From Octopus bimaculoides (taxonomy: Eukaryota), in NCBI RefSeq assembly GCF_001194135.2, contig NC_068995.1, positions 1,964,878-2,028,877 of the forward strand: a DNA stretch of 64,000 bases. The letters run 5' to 3'. The position numbers and the translations under genes are program-made. Every line of letters starts with the position of its first letter. Within the stretch, counting starts at the first letter, position 1. Below the pieces are notes generated by a model, which had not been told where the DNA came from, did not search any database, and saw nothing but the letters and a program-made list of their open reading frames with translations. Positions 24,178-36,981 of the stretch are shown here, in pieces.

Positions 24178-24490
24178 TATCTTTTACTTGTTTCAGTCAT
24201 TTGACTGCGGCCATGCTGGGGCACGACTTTGAAGAATATTTTGTCGAATGAAACTGTTGTTGCTGTTGTTGTAAGCCTGGTCTTTTTGCCAAACCGCTCA
24301 GTTACGGAGACGCAAACAATTCAACATCCGGTTGTCAAGCAGTGGAAAGAGAGAAACACAGATACAAAGACAGACACACATATATATACGACAGGCTTCT
24401 TTACAGTTTCCGTCTACCAAATCCACTCACAAGGCTTTAGTCGTCCCGAGGCTATAGTAGAAAGCATGCCGAAGGTACCACATTGCACCA
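24178..24490 (-). mobile_element. SINE family A
   Basis: cttttacttgtttcagtcatttgactgcggccatgctgggg...cagtttccgtctaccaaatccactcacaaggcttt. Confidence 0.85.
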
Positions 24491-24574
24491 CCTGCCTATA
24501 TTTATCTGTCTATCTGTCTGTCTGTTTGTCTGTCTGTCTATCTATCTAAATACACACACACACACATTCTAGTT

Positions 24575-24658
24575 CAGAAACGTTAGCACACCGGGCGCAA
24601 TGCTTAGCGGTATTTCGTCTGTCTTTACGTTCTGAGTTCCAATTCCGCCGAGGTCGAT
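24575..24658 (+). mobile_element. SINE family B, 5' part
   Basis: cagaaacgttagcacaccgggcgcaatgcttagcggtatttcgtctgtctttacgttctgagttccaattccgccgaggtcga. Confidence 0.85.
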
Positions 24659-25327
24659 GGAATGGCATCCCTGATGAGTAATTAATCTCTTAAACCTCTG
24701 TTATTTATTTGCCATAAGCACGAACGTTTCTTCTCACCCTTCTTCTGTATTTTATGATTACACAGTGATTGTCTCATCACTATCTCAGCCTGTACAGTGA
24801 AGTCTATGAATCGCTGTGGACGCCGAATGTAAGCTAGACATGTTCAGATTTGTCTCCCCTGTTTAACGCCAACACGGAAGTACTGTTAACCACTGAAATC
24901 AACCGTTTAGTTGTACTTTTAATCTTAGATTTAATTAAATTTGTTTATTTCTTCCTGTATTAAATATGCTAACACCAATTTAATTATGGCTACCCAAAAA
25001 GCCAGTCAGACAGTCATACAACCAGACAGCTAGACAGGCAGTCAGCCATTCAACCACTTCTAATTCGGTTTCAAGGTCAACGTTATATTATATGACATTA
25101 GTCAGTTTTCTATACAAGCAGTCTTCCGCAAACCTAGTTCAGTCTTAAGCTTGAGGTATAGCTATTGTGAACAGATGCGTGTATATATGTGTGTGTGTGG
25201 GGGTATGTGTGCTTCTGTGTGTATACACATTTATATATATATATTCATATGCTTATATATATATATATAGCATAAGTATATATTTATATCTCCATTTGTC
25301 CATATATATATATCTTTATATATACAT

Positions 25328-25366
<39 letters not shown>

Positions 25367-25662
25367 NNNNNNNNNNNNNNNNNNNNNNNNNNNNNNNNNN
25401 NNNNNNNNNNNNNNNNNNNNNNNNNNNNNNNNNNNNNNNNNNNNNNNNNNNNNNNNNNNNNNNNNNNNNNNNNNNNNNNNNNNNNNNNNNNNNNNNNNNN
25501 NNNNNNNNNNNNNNNNNNNNNNNNNNNNNNNNNNNNNNNNNNNNNNNNNNNNNNNNNNNNNNNNNNNNNNNNNNNNNNNNNNNNNNNNNNNNNNNNNNNN
25601 NNNNNNNNNNNNNNNNNNNNNNNNNNNNNNNNNNNNNNNNNNNNNNNNNNNNNNNNNNNNNN

Positions 25663-25719
<57 letters not shown>

Positions 25720-26269
25720 ACACATAGACGTATGAATCTATGTACGTTTGTATTTATGGATGTTTGCACCACACCCGCAATGTAGGCAAATGTCGTACGT
25801 TTGGTATCGCCCCTGCTTTTCTTTTACCTCTCTTATTCCTTTTATTTCCTTTGTAAAGGTTAAAACCTTAGACCCTCGCCTATTCCTTTCATTTGCCGCT
25901 CGCATTCTTTATTGTAGACGCAGTTTGTTTATTTCTTCGTTGTTTCATTTACAACACCTTTTCCATCACGTGTTTTACTTTCGGACTTCATAGGTTTTTG
26001 TTTGTTTGCTCCTTAGATTATCATCTTGTGTGTTTTACCTACGATACATATATACGTACACACACACACACACATACATACACACACACATATATATGTA
26101 TATATCGTATATATATATATATACACAAACATACATACATACATATATAGATATACAAACGTACACACACGTATGGTATTTGTTTCGATTCTATACGCTC
26201 TGAGTTTATATCCCGCTCAGATATCAATTTTGCTTTTCATCCTTCGAGACTGATAAAAAATATATACCG

Positions 26270-26700
26270 ATCCAGAATTGTTAAGAGATCGGACAAGGTA
26301 CCACGTGATTTCTGTTCCGGCTTTGTGCATTCCCAGAGTAAATTCCAAATCTCACCCCGTTACCGAAACATTGATATGTCCATCAGGAGTTGATCGACAG
26401 ACAGAATCAGAACTTTAAAAAAACAAAACAAAAAGAAAAACAAATGGGCACATAGTTTTTCTGGTTCGATCAGAAGATCGATTACCACCATCGCTAAAAC
26501 CATCATCTCTGTGCAGTTCAGAGTCAAGGGCTTAATACGTTCGTTGAAGACGTCTAACATAAAAAGTTCAGATCTTCGTCAATATCCGCGCGATTGTATC
26601 TTTCCAGGAAAATGTCGACTGCATTGTAGATTACCTTTTTTTTCATCCCCGTGGAAGTCCTGCAGCGTCTTCGCGTTGGTCGTTATCTTCCAAGTATTCC
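26270..26700 (-). mobile_element. Heavily decayed Penelope-like RT fragment
   Basis: Frameshifted pieces FMLDVFNE and LHRDDGF resemble the PLE motif GL(F/Y)ML..L....GLYRDDGL. Confidence 0.4.
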
Positions 26701-27359
26701 TGTCGCTTTAGCCGAATTCCAGGAATTTCAAAACAAGAGGTTTAGATACACATGAAGAAAAGACTGCTAATATATCGAACTGGGTAAATCACAACGTACT
26801 TGGTTTTCTTTAGTGATAAACCTATTGATAAGGATGGCTCTGAAATCCCACAGTACTAATAGCATGGTATTTCTTATCTAAAGTCTAACCACGACCAATG
26901 AACGTTTGGTGACTAAACCAAATACGTCTTGGTATACAAGTGGCGTATGTTATTATTCTAACATTGGAACGTGATAAAAAGTGGCTTTGGTGGCTTTCAA
27001 AAATAATCTAAAGGATATGCATGTCCGGGCGTTACAGGCTGTCGGCTGTTTTACCTGCTTTTTCCTCTCTCTCTCTCTTTCTTCCTCTATCTCCCTCTCT
27101 CTCATTTATCTTCTTTTAGTTTGTCTATCTATGTGTATACATATGTATACGTGTGTGTATATACGTATATACACACACACATATATATTTGTATATATAN
27201 NNNNNNNNNNNNNNNNNNNNNNNNNNNNNNNNNNNNNNNNNNNNNNNNNNNNNNNNNNNNNNNNNNNNNNNNNNNNNNNNNNNNNNNNNNNNNNNNNNCA
27301 TACATGTATATTTAAAAAATAAATATATATACATACATATATATATATATGTGTGTGTA

Positions 27360-27570
27360 TGTGTGTTTGTGTGTGTGTGTGTGTGTGTCTTTGTCTATGT
27401 CCCCACCACTACCGCGTGATAATTTGTGTTGGTGTATTTGCGTCCCCGTAACTTTGCGGCTCAGCAAAAGGAACCGATAGAATAAGTACCAGGCTTAAAA
27501 AAGAAGAGCTGGGGTCGATTCATTCGACTAAAAATGGCCGCAGTCTAATGACTGAAACGAGTAAAAGATA
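27360..27570 (+). mobile_element. SINE family A, 3' half
   Basis: gtccccgtaactttgcggctcagcaaaaggaaccgatagaataagtaccagg...ctggggtcgattcattcgactaa...atggccgcagtctaatgactgaaacgagtaaaaga. Confidence 0.85.
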
Positions 27571-28559
27571 AAAAGAAAAGCTGTCGGCGCGCGCTGTGTG
27601 TTCCCACTTTTTATTAAAAAAGGACAGAAAGTAATGCCTCATTTGCCAAGAAGTAGGGGCCGTGAAAGGTCCCAGACTTATGACGTAAGCCACATCATTT
27701 CCAATTAGGAGAGAATGTCGGCGAAATATCTTCTTCTTGTGAGAGAAGATGGCTGACAGAGAAATACAGGATGAGATTAGGAAATAAGTAATAATGATGA
27801 AGATATTGAGACGGACGGAAGGAAAGAATATTGGTTGAACTTAAACATGGTGGTGGTGGTGGTGGTGGTGGTGGTGGGGAGGGGGAACAGCAATAACCAT
27901 TTAAATGAAAGCGACCGAATGTTGTTGGTTGGAATAAGGAAATAAAATTTTTTTAAACCTGTTTTGTGAATTACAACCAGAAAGATTGAAGCAAGTAATA
28001 CTTGCGTCTACATACATACATACATACATACATACATACATACATACATACATACATCTTAGCGTCGAATACAGGCATGTTGGCATAGATGACTATTCAT
28101 TCTCACGGTTAATGAAAATGATCGGCTATAAATTTTGCCATTAATACGGGCCTGATGAAAAAAAAATGGTTATCTTCTTTGGGTAAATGCGAAGAAAGAA
28201 CCTGTTTTGGCGAGATCGTAGCTATAATCAAACAGTGAAATATATACCAAATGGTAAATTACTCGACGCACACTTTGACGACGAAAGAGCCAGGACTCGG
28301 CTGTCGCAGATCTATCGACGAACTATCGAAAAAAATTCCAGTGGACTTTCGAAATGAACCAAAACCTATACCAGTTCTACAGAAGGGGTTAAGGAAGATC
28401 CTTCAAAAGGCTGCATGAAAAATCTCGAAGTGTATTGCGATGAGAAACTCAAGATTCTCCATTTTTTTTTTAAAGAACAATTACATCATACATACGTATG
28501 TTTGTTTGTGTGCGTATGTGTGTGTGTTTGTGTGAGTGTCTATTTGTATGTGTGTATTG

Positions 28560-28591
<32 letters not shown>

Positions 28592-29135
28592 GTGGTATGA
28601 GAGTGTGTGTAGTATGAGAGTGTGTGTTTGTGTGTATGTTTGTTTCATATGTGAGTGTGCGTGTTTGTGTGTGTGTTTGCGCGTGTGTGTGTGTGTGTGC
28701 GTGCGTGCGTACAGGTATCAAATACGATATTTCTAATGGTAAGAAATTGTGTCAAATTTTGGCGTATTTCCGAGGAGACGATTTCATTATTCGTTTTTTC
28801 GCGTGAAGGACTCGTTGGAAAACTTCAATACACTTCAGTCAATATTACTTTCCAATAAAACGAAGAAACAAGATTTTGAAAGACTTTTATATTTCTTTTC
28901 TATGTTAGAAACATCTGCGACGTCTTAAACCACCACCACACACACACACACACACAAAACAAGCACACACACACACCACCACACAATTGTAATCCAAGGA
29001 CAACAGGTCAGTACATGTACTTCTAAACAGAAGCATATTATTGTCCGTATGTATGTATGTATGTATGTATGTATGTATGCATGTATGTATGTATGTATGT
29101 ATATATGTATGTATGTATGTATACACACACATATA

Positions 29136-29985
29136 TAGGATGCGATGAGTAAATTGTCGCCGTTTTATATTTTCACTTTCGTGCATGTGAATTGTTTGTT
29201 TTTGATTTTGACGACTACACAATATAGTAGGGTCAGTTGGGCACCGTCTATGAGAAAAACACCACCATCACGTAAATCTTTCTGCCATAAATTTGGACAC
29301 GACATACTGTACTGCTTGGCATTCATACTGGGAACTCCAATACGAACATTTCAGAGTGTTTGGATGTTAATCTGAGGGATGTGCAATCTGAGGACATGTA
29401 CCGAGTGATAAAAATCAAACAACCAGTCAACATCATGGTGTTTGGATGGATCACTAGTGATGGTGACTTTATGCCTCCATTCATCTTCCAACGCAGCGTC
29501 AGACTCAACACGGAGGCCTACATCAAGTGCCTGGAGGAGGTAATGCTGCTCTGGGTGAAGATGGTGGCTGCTGGAAGACCCTATGTCAGGCAACAGGACT
29601 CTGCACCAAACCACACAAGCAGGAGAACCCAGTCATGGCTGTTAAACAATTTCTGCCACCCATCACCCTTAACATCTGGCCACTTAACTCCCTCAGACTG
29701 CAACCCCCTTGATTATTATGTGTGGGGCGAAGTTGAGCGAGAGAGCAACAAAACTCCTTGTAGCACCAAAGATGAACTAAAGGCAAGGATTATGGCAGCA
29801 TTCACCAACTTAAACAAAGAGACCATCCAGAAGAATTGCAGGAGATTCCGAAGTCGTCTGGCAGCTGTGGTTGAAGCCAATGGCGATTTTATTGAATAAA
29901 TTTACTCTTTAGTATTTCAAGATATTTTTATGTAATTTTGGTAAATATTTCTGTTAAAATGAGATGTCAGTGTTATTTTCATTTT
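29136..29985 (+). mobile_element. Tc1/mariner DD37D (maT) element, internally deleted, non-functional transposase (ORF 29360-29899)
   Basis: VNIMVFG..TSDG..MPPFIF...YVRQQDSAP.H...NPLDYYVWG...FRSRL.AVVEANGDFIE, with 37 residues between the QQD and PLD aspartates. A left TIR-like TA|taggatgcgatgagtaaattgtcgcc is present. WPLNS lies in another frame (compensating frameshifts). No right TIR before the gap. Confidence 0.9.
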
Positions 29986-29987
29986 AG

Positions 29988-30072
29988 CGGAATTTCGATT
30001 CGACTCCATGGCGCTTAAAGTTTCGTAAGTTGCATAGAACTGAATAAAACTATAATTCATTTCTACTCTAGG
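29988..30072 (-). mobile_element. 5' end of a second maT-type (Bmmar1-like) element in opposite orientation
   Basis: gcgccATG gives MESNRNS, resembling the maT N-terminus ME.KRNSVIALYLAG. It runs into the N-gap. Confidence 0.45.
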
Positions 30073-30689
30073 NNNNNNNNNNNNNNNNNNNNNNNNNNNN
30101 NNNNNNNNNNNNNNNNNNNNNNNNNNNNNNNNNNNNNNNNNNNNNNNNNNNNNNNNNNNNNNNNNNNNNNNNNNNNNNNNNNNNNNNNNNNNNNNNNNNN
30201 NNNNNNNNNNNNNNNNNNNNNNNNNNNNNNNNNNNNNNNNNNNNNNNNNNNNNNNNNNNNNNNNNNNNNNNNNNNNNNNNNNNNNNNNNNNNNNNNNNNN
30301 NNNNNNNNNNNNNNNNNNNNNNNNNNNNNNNNNNNNNNNNNNNNNNNNNNNNNNNNNNNNNNNNNNNNNNNNNNNNNNNNNNNNNNNNNNNNNNNNNNNN
30401 NNNNNNNNNNNNNNNNNNNNNNNNNNNNNNNNNNNNNNNNNNNNNNNNNNNNNNNNNNNNNNNNNNNNNNNNNNNNNNNNNNNNNNNNNNNNNNNNNNNN
30501 NNNNNNNNNNNNNNNNNNNNNNNNNNNNNNNNNNNNNNNNNNNNNNNNNNNNNNNNNNNNNNNNNNNNNNNNNNNNNNNNNNNNNNNNNNNNNNNNNNNN
30601 NNNNNNNNNNNNNNNNNNNNNNNNNNNNNNNNNNNNNNNNNNNNNNNNNNNNNNNNNNNNNNNNNNNNNNNNNNNNNNNNNNNNNNNNN

Positions 30690-30722
<33 letters not shown>

Positions 30723-31194
30723 AACACACAAATTAACGTGGGTGTGTGTGACAAGAGAAAACAGCTAGCACTGATCTGAATTTACTACGTGATATGTAAA
30801 ATTCTAGGTAACAATTGGTTGCAACAGCTTTTCAAACGAATGAAAGTGCACACACACATACTCACACACACACACGAGTGTGCATTCACACATTCACACA
30901 CATGTTCCAGTGCGTATGTATACTTAAATGTTCATATGAATGCACTATTATGCTCAAAGCCGCAGGCGCACACGAGCAATCGGGACTAACGCTTTACTCA
31001 AAAGTACAAAGAGAAAACGAGCGCGCGCGCACACATGCACATGTACATATGATAGGAAGGCAGCCACACAGACAGACAATACTGATGTAACAGATGTGTA
31101 ATAATTGTTTAGACGGAAGTTGAATGAGTTGCAATACTGGATGAAACGAGATCGATACCACCTGTTACCTTCAGGTTAATCCATATATCGCAAA

Positions 31195-31410
31195 TGGTTG
31201 TTGTTGCTGTTGGTGGTGGTGGTGGTGATAGTGGTGGAGGCGGTAGTGGCGGCGGTGGTGGTAGTGGTGGCGGTGGCTATGGTGGTGGTGGTGGCGGCGG
31301 TTGTGGTAGCAGTGGTGGTGGTTGTGGTGGTGGTAATTGTGGTGACTATATAGATTGTGGTAATAATGGTGGTCGTGGTCATAGTCGTGGAGGTGGTGGC
31401 GGTGTGGGGA
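31195..31410. repeat. Degenerate (GGT)n/(GGC)n trinucleotide tract
   Basis: Direct inspection. Source of the Gly-rich and Thr-rich ORFs. Confidence 0.9.
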
Positions 31411-32477
31411 TGAGGCGTATCCTAACGGTGTATGTTAGTAACTATTTTTTCTCAATCCTCTTCGAGTAGACCTCTCTGTGATCAAGTGTCTTCCTGACGT
31501 AACCAGCCAGTCTTCTATCGTTTCAGCCATCTTGGGCTCTGTCACTGGATGTGTCGTTTTTTGTTGTTTTTTTAAAGAAAACCACATGGTTAGGTGTGAT
31601 TTTACGGAGATTTGGCTATTATTTTTTGCAAGTCGAGTAGCAACGTGGAAATTTCCTCGTGGTTTTGAACTCTTCCTTGATTTAACAGCCTGTAACCCTT
31701 AAAGAATAGCCGTAATTTATAAAATATCATATTTGAAAAACAAATCGTGTACGTGGCAAGAAACTGTCTGGTAGAGGGTTCTCTCATTAACAAATAACAA
31801 TGTAATAAACGAGAAGAATCCGAGAACACTTGCGATGATTTGTTCCAGCAGAAAATGGTTTATATCAGTAATCAAACATGCTGAGGACGAGACGGACGTT
31901 TTGCACGAAGCATTAATAAGTCAACTAATAAAGTGGTTTAATGGGTCGAGAAATTTTTACCATATGAAAATTACAACCTTGATTATGAGAATAATCATTA
32001 TGTAAATGAGTAATTCTGGTAAAAAACATAATAAGCATCACGCTTCACTGATACAATATGGGTCAATCGGTGAGTAGAGTTAGCGATACTTGGTGTGACC
32101 GGGTAGTGCATATGAGAATACCTCTCTCCCTTTCGTCGGACAGTCACGATTGTGAATATTAAAGCTGTTATATTTTTAGTTATTGATTAAGCTTAATTGA
32201 TGAATTATTTCAAATAGTATGTCTCCTAAATTCCTGTCAGACAGACATATCTCCTCTCACTTAATTCAACGACAATATTCATGACATACATTTAAAATCG
32301 CTATTATAGATATTACATTTTTCGCCAATCTAACAAACTTACTGTATTTATAATTCATAAATAGTTCACATACTTTTATTGTATGGTTGTTTATACTTTT
32401 CATGCTTTGTGAAAATATTGCTGTATATATTGTGACTTTATGTATACATCGTGAATTTAAGGTATTTATATATTCTA

Positions 32478-32722
32478 AGGCGCAGGAGAGTGGCTGTGTG
32501 GTAAGTAGCTTGCTTACCAACCACATGTTTCGGGTTCAGTTTCACTGCGTGGCACCTTGAGCAAGTGTCATACTATAGCCTCGGGCCGACCAAAACCTTG
32601 TACGTGGATTTGGTAGATGGAAACTCAAAGAAGCCCGTCGTATGTGCGTGTTTGTCCAGCACCCCCACTATCACTTGACAAACGATGCTGGTGTGTTTAC
32701 GTCTCCGTAAATTAGCGGTTTG
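32478..32722 (+). mobile_element. SINE family A running into a gap
   Basis: ggcgcaggagagtggctgtgtggtaagtagcttgcttaccaaccacatgtttcgggttcagtttcactgcgtggcaccttgagcaagtgtc... Confidence 0.9.
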
Positions 32723-33780
32723 NNNNNNNNNNNNNNNNNNNNNNNNNNNNNNNNNNNNNNNNNNNNNNNNNNNNNNNNNNNNNNNNNNNNNNNNNNNNNN
32801 NNNNNNNNNNNNNNNNNNNNNNNNNNNNNNNNNNNNNNNNNNNNNNNNNNNNNNNNNNNNNNNNNNNNNNNNNNNNNNNNNNNNNNNNNNNNNNNNNNNN
32901 NNNNNNNNNNNNNNNNNNNNNNNNNNNNNNNNNNNNNNNNNNNNNNNNNNNNNNNNNNNNNNNNNNNNNNNNNNNNNNNNNNNNNNNNNNNNNNNNNNNN
33001 NNNNNNNNNNNNNNNNNNNNNNNNNNNNNNNNNNNNNNNNNNNNNNNNNNNNNNNNNNNNNNNNNNNNNNNNNNNNNNNNNNNNNNNNNNNNNNNNNNNN
33101 NNNNNNNNNNNAAAGGAATGTAATAGATTTTATTTTGTGCTGTCAGTCTCTCTCTCTCTCTCTCTCCCTCTCTCTGTGAACGAGACAGTTTCTTGCCAGG
33201 TGCACGATTTCACCATAATTTACACAATTGTTTAAGTATCAAAAGTCAAATGGACACCAACATTGTCATCCGTTCCACACATGATATAACTCACACAGAT
33301 AAACGATAATCACAACAGAAACTGTGTGTAAAGCTTCAATGTGCGGTTGTTTTTGTTTTTATCTTTAAAGACGACCATCACCTTTTTTTTTTTTAATCTT
33401 TTAGCCAAGAGGGAGAGGAGAGCCAATAAGCCTTTTACGCGAGCGTTGAAAGTGGTGGAAGATAAGGAAACCGGAAGGATTCCTGAAACCAGACACCTGG
33501 CTCGGCTGCTTGTAGCAGAAGGGACTCTGCTAAACACGACCAAAGTGCCAGGTCATGGTGCCAAACCGGGCATCGGAATAATTCTACCACCCGACAAGGA
33601 TATAGCAGGATTTGAACTCAGAACGCCATGAACCAAAAAAATACCGTAAGGTATTCTATTGATGCTCCAACGTTTCTACCAGTTCGCCAGCAGTTCGTGT
33701 TCGATACAAACACATATATATTCATAAACACACCAACACATAGGTACATACATACACACACAATGCATACATACGTGTGT

Positions 33781-34310
33781 ACACCTGTTCACCGTCGTCT
33801 ATGAAGCGCCGGAAATGTCGGAGTCTCAGCGCATCATCAACCACGGCATGCTCAGCCCTCCATTTAGCGGGTGTTGACAGCAAATGGATCGCCTAACCAT
33901 CGGAACGCTTACCTCCCACAAAAAGCGAAAGAGTATGTGTTCCAGTTTGGTGATGGGAGGGTCGGGAAAAGGCACGACGATCAGACTGTAATCGATGACA
34001 TGCGATGTACGCGTTCGCCACCTCCGCCCGACCTTTTAGAGATAGTTTCCTCTCGGCCCATTGCTGGGTGAGAGTGGCCACCCTATTCGTTATCTCGCCC
34101 CAGTTCTTCTCTATTTGAAGGTCCGGAACGAACCAGACTCCGAGCAATTTAACCGGTCCGTCGGTCCAGCGTCCCACGATGGAGACCAATTGGTCGGCAT
34201 GAGCTTGCTTCTCCAGGTGCCGAGCCGCAAGCCCACTGACTTTTTCCGGTTAATTTTTGCTCCCGTTACCGCTTCGTATTCTGTTGGTGTCTCGCCGACC
34301 AGGACGATAT
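33781..34310 (-). mobile_element. Tx1/L1-clade LINE ORF2 fragment (RT C-terminal part)
   Basis: YEAVTGAKINRKKSVGLRLGTW / GPVKLLGVWF.PDLQIEKNW.EI..RV..L.QQW.ERKLSLKGRAEVAN / LFRFLW...VRRSICCQHPLNGGL.MP. Contains frameshifts. Confidence 0.85.
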
Positions 34311-35227
34311 ACCTGTGGCTCGATGCATAGATAAATAAATAGGCAGGCAGACAGATAGGTAGATAGCTAGATAGAGAGATTGATAGACAGACAGAGATAG
34401 ATAGATGTGCGAGTACACACACACATCTATATACATGCGCACAGGTTACACATTTCAATAAGCTGTTCTACCATACTTGATGCTGTCCCATACTTGATGC
34501 TGTTCTTTTACTGTCATTTGATAGAGCGAATTCATTTTCATGATGGTATTTCGAAATTAACTCTCATATCTTATTTAATAACTTAAAGCGTTGGTGAGGA
34601 TGAAGCATCCCCCCCCCCATTATTACGGGAGCCGTACGATTGAGAACAAGCGTTGTATTTGTTGCTAAAATGTACGGAGCAGGTCATATTAGAAATTACT
34701 AATGCTATTATGTTTTAAATCCTATATGTATTTTGATAATGCAGCGCCGTTTGTTTCGTCTAAAGCTTCAAATGTGGACTTGTAATTTAGATACTGGCTT
34801 TTGAAATTGCTCTAACACATTCCAATATAGGATTTAAGAGATTTTTTCTCAGCTGGGACACTGTAGTTAGGTAGATTAGCGATTCAGCTTTGTATTGTTC
34901 GCAAAGTCATTGAATTCCCGGATGGTTTGGAGGGCCCAGCTGTTGGCATTAATAAGAGGCCACACATTACTACACAAAACAACAACAACATAACACAAAA
35001 TAGAAATACAAATTAATTATACGAAACAATACAGAGAAATCTGAAAGTGAACGGAATAAAGCAAAAAAACTACAATTTCGTGGCAAAAGAAAATTGCTTT
35101 ATTGAATCAAATGGGAAAGGTATTTTCTTCAGACAAATCAAAATACTTTTGCTGCATCCACACTAGTTTTCTGCTTTTCATACTAAGTTTTATGTTCTTA
35201 TTCTTTTTGCTTCTTTATATGTACTTT

Positions 35228-35430
35228 AATTCTTTTACTGGTTTCAGTCACTGGACTACAGCCATGCTGGAGCACCGCCTGCAAGAGTTTAGTCGATCAA
35301 ATCGATCATAGTGCTTATTTTCGAAGTCCGGTACTTCGTCAGTCGTACTCTTTTACAGAACTGCTTGGTTGCGGGGATGTAAACAATCCAACACCGGTTG
35401 TCAAACTGCAGGACCGACTGACACAAATAC
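35228..35430 (-). mobile_element. SINE family A, 3' half
   Basis: ttcttttactggtttcagtcactggactacagccatgctggagcaccgcc...caacaccggttgtcaaac. Confidence 0.8.
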
Positions 35431-35614
35431 ACACACAAATAGATAGATAAATAGAGAGAGAGAGAGAGAGAGATAAAGTGAGAGAAAGAGAGAGACAGAC
35501 AGATAGTTAAACAGAGATAGACAGATAGATAGACAGACAGACAAACAGACATAACTAGATAGATAGATAGATAGATGGATAGATAGATAGATAAAGAGAG
35601 ACAGACAGACACAA

Positions 35615-35671
<57 letters not shown>

Positions 35672-35816
35672 GTAGAATATTTCTGGATATGACATATAAC
35701 CGGATTGCCATTGGTTTCGTGTATATCATTGCACTTGGTAACACAGGCAGCTCATCAGATTTGCGTGTAAATATGTATGCATGTATGTATGTATGTATTC
35801 GTATGGATGGATGACA

Positions 35817-35858
<42 letters not shown>

Positions 35859-36122
35859 TATATATACGCACACACACACTCAAAGTTATAGGCACTCACT
35901 CACACACACTTATATGTGTGTGGAGGGGGAGATAGACGGTGTCTGTACTTGTGTTCAGCGTTGGACACTCATCTTTGAGGATGCATGTGTACACATACAT
36001 GTGCGTATGGCTGTGCGTGTGTGTGTGTAAGTATAAGCTTCTCTGCATGTGTGTGTATATACGTATACAATTAAGTATGTTAGCATGTGCGTGTATATAT
36101 GTACAGGCATTTACGTCTATGG

Positions 36123-36154
<32 letters not shown>

Positions 36155-36803
36155 CTACCTTTCTCTTTGCTCTCTGTCTCTCCCCCTCCCTCTCTAAACG
36201 AGGTGTTATATTTACGTCACTTCTGTAATTTTCTTCATGTTCTTGTTGTTGTTGTTGCTGTTGGCGTTGGTCATTGTCAATGTCGGCGATGTTGTTGTTA
36301 TTATTGTCGTTGTTGTTTTTGTCGTCTGCTTGTTCTTTTATTCACCTCTAAGTGAGTTTAGTTAAGTCTCTCCACAATAATTGTTGTTCTCGTTCTCGTT
36401 GTTGTTGTTGTTGTCTTTTGTTCAGTTTTTGTCGCTGATAAAGGCATTCCACCGCCATTAAATGGAGAGTGTTTAGGGGTAGGGGACACACACACACACA
36501 CACACACACTTTCTTGCTCTCTTACTCACCTCTGTCTCTCCTCTCTCACTTTCATTATATGTATGTGTGTGTATGTGTGTGTATGTATGTCTATATGTAT
36601 CTATGTATGTATGAATGCATGTATATATATGTGTGTGTATGTGTGTATATATATATCTGTATATATATATACATGTACATACAGACACACGTGCACACAC
36701 AGCATACATACAACATATATAGACATCTTTATACGAATGTATATACACATATTTGTGTATGCGTCATCGTGTATTATACTTATATGTATACATACATGCC
36801 TAC

Positions 36804-36849
<46 letters not shown>

Positions 36850-36937
36850 ATATATACATTTTATGTAAATGATATATACATGGATGTATATATGTGTGGG
36901 TATGTCTGTGTGTATACATATGTGTATGTATATATAC

Positions 36938-36981
<44 letters not shown>

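Noticed and set aside
31194-31469. Gly-rich 91-aa ORF resembling a structural or cuticle protein
   Set aside because: It coincides with a (GGT)n tract. Similar tracts occur at 39060 and 42810, and there is no splice or signal-peptide support.
32058-32075. ATG GGT CAA TCG|gtgagt as a first coding exon (MGQS)
   Set aside because: Only four codons and a donor motif, which is expected by chance in 64 kb.
35701-35760. CTGATGA...GAAAC on the minus strand (also 40676-40700 and 24669-24695 on the plus strand) as hammerhead ribozymes
   Set aside because: The intervening sequence cannot form a proper stem II, or GAAA is missing.
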